Position numbers and translations under genes: made by a program. Source: Gracilinanus agilis (lineage: Eukaryota). Taken from it: 64,000 bases of DNA. The stretch covers positions 5,477,678 through 5,541,677 of the forward strand of contig NC_058134.1 of assembly GCF_016433145.1 (NCBI RefSeq), written 5' to 3'. The notes under the pieces are model-generated. The model had not been told where the DNA came from. It saw only the letters and a list, made by a program, of their open reading frames with translations, and made no database searches. Positions 62,720 to 64,000 of the stretch are shown here, one piece after another. Each line of letters starts with the position of its first letter. The stretch's first letter is position 1.

Positions 62720-63060
62720 AAAGCATGGCGGCAGTAGAAAGAATATTGATTCTGAAGTCAGAGGCTCTGGATTCAAATCCTGTCTCCTAAACTACCTAAG
62801 TGATCTTGGGAAAGTCATATAATAACTCAGCGTCTCAATTTCCTCATCTGTAAAAACAAAGACATTGGTCTAGGTACAACCTAAAGACTCTTCTTGTTCC
62901 AGACCTAGGATCCTCTGCTCTGAATTTGAAACCTGGCTCTATAGTTTATGGCCTGTGTGATCTTAAGAGGACTTCAGCAGCCACTTCAAACCTTAGCTTC
63001 AGTTTTCTAATCTCTAAAATGAGAAGTTGGGGCTACTATTCCAGATCCTAATCTGTGAGC
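62720..63060 (+). mobile_element. Two MIR fragments
   Basis: 'ctggattcaaatcctg...gtgatcttgggaaagtc...tctcaatttcctcatctgtaaaa' and 'cttcagttttctaatctctaaaatgag'. Confidence 0.75.
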
Positions 63061-63539
63061 CTAATTCCCACATTACTTAGAAAAAGAAAGGCGAAGAGCT
63101 GACAATCCAGTGACATCCTCCGAAATGACAAATGCCCCGAGCTTAGGGTGTTGTGATCATGCAGAGGGACCTTCAAGAGTTTCAGTGACTCACATTCATC
63201 ACCATGGTGATCAATTGGCATTATCAATCATAGCAATTACCTTCATTAACGGAGACTTGCAGTAAGTGATCTCAGCTCCAAAAGACTGAATTTAAAAGAG
63301 ACCTGGCTGTCTATCCTGCCATCTCTGAACAGAGAGGTGACAGCCTAGAGGCACAGAATGGGACATACCTATCAGACAGGGCCAATATAGAGACAGGGTT
63401 TTCTTGAATATATTTATTCATTACAAAGGAGAGAGGGAGGACTTAATTTTTGGTTTGTTTTTCTGTGGGGTGTCAATCGTTAAGTGAGATAGAGCTGCAG
63501 CTAGAGACAGCGAAAGAGATAGACTGCAGAGAAGCTGGG

Positions 63540-63665
63540 AGAGGAAAACAGAAATGGAAAGGGAGAGGGAGGGGATATAAGAGAGACAGAGAGACAGAGA
63601 GAGAGAGAGAGAGGTGGAAGGAGAGGGAGAGATTGAGAAAGACAGAGAGAGAGAAGGAGGGAGAA
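63540..63665. repeat. GA-rich purine tract / (GA)n-(GACA)n
   Basis: Read directly from the sequence. Confidence 0.9.
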
Positions 63666-63699
63666 AAAATATACTGAAACAAACAGAAAGTTCCAAGGA

Positions 63700-63862
63700 T
63701 ATGAACAGAACAATATTGCTATTTCCTTATTCTATTTAATACACACATGAAATTGTATCTACAACCAAAATTATTGGTTCCATATATAATTGTTTCCTTA
63801 TTCTTTACGTATGAAATGTTTGTTTTTGATGATGAATTTCTTTTAAAAATAAAAAAAAAGTA
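63700..63862 (+). mobile_element. Old L1 3' end with short A tail
   Basis: 'ttccttattctttacgtatgaaatgtttgtttttg...taaaaataaaaaaaaag'. Confidence 0.5.
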
Positions 63863-64000
63863 TCTAAAGACTTCTGGATGCTAGATAAATCATATTTTCT
63901 CATTGTCAAGGAATTCTAAAAGCTCTAACCCATAGGCAGGCATCATCTTCCCATATAGTTATCAGTTCATCCATATCAGTCCTTAATCTACTGCAATGAT

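Noticed and set aside
1600-62900. tRNA genes suggested by many GGTTCAAATCC B-box-like motifs
   Set aside because: All lie in tRNA-derived CORE-SINE heads; no cloverleaf structure was found.
1-64000. CRISPR arrays, operons or other prokaryotic systems
   Set aside because: The sequence is clearly mammalian, and there are no regularly spaced direct repeats with unique spacers.

Overview
Repeat-rich, CpG-depleted, non-coding-looking mammalian DNA. The repeats point to a marsupial, most likely an opossum (Didelphidae): SINE1_Mdo-like and Mar1-like CORE-SINEs, marsupial-type L1, and old MIR, L2 and CR1/L3. I recognise no intact protein-coding gene, tRNA, rRNA or CRISPR array. Nearly all ORFs in the track are spurious or are TE remnants (L1 ORF1/ORF2, L2 and CR1 endonuclease). 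Main structures: (1) two near-full-length but internally deleted L1s at 26.8-30.3 kb and 43.0-48.3 kb, the second carrying three LTR insertions and a SINE; (2) four hAT MITEs of two families with 8-bp target-site duplications (TSDs) and one mariner-type MITE; (3) an LTR-plus-gag-like ERV relic at 21.9-23.4 kb; (4) a heavily decayed 1.2-kb element at 16.9-18.3 kb that reads as the 5' half of an unusual LINE, with a GDSL/SGNH-esterase-like ORF1 followed by an L1/Tx1-like APE endonuclease. This last element is the best novelty candidate. A local templated insertion (57.27 kb, copied from 58.19 kb) and a strong minus-strand bias of L1s suggest double-strand-break repair and an intronic position in a plus-strand transcription unit. 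All protein-family calls come from manual translation and remembered motifs, not database searches. Coordinates of old repeats are approximate (about +/-30 bp) unless a TSD is quoted.
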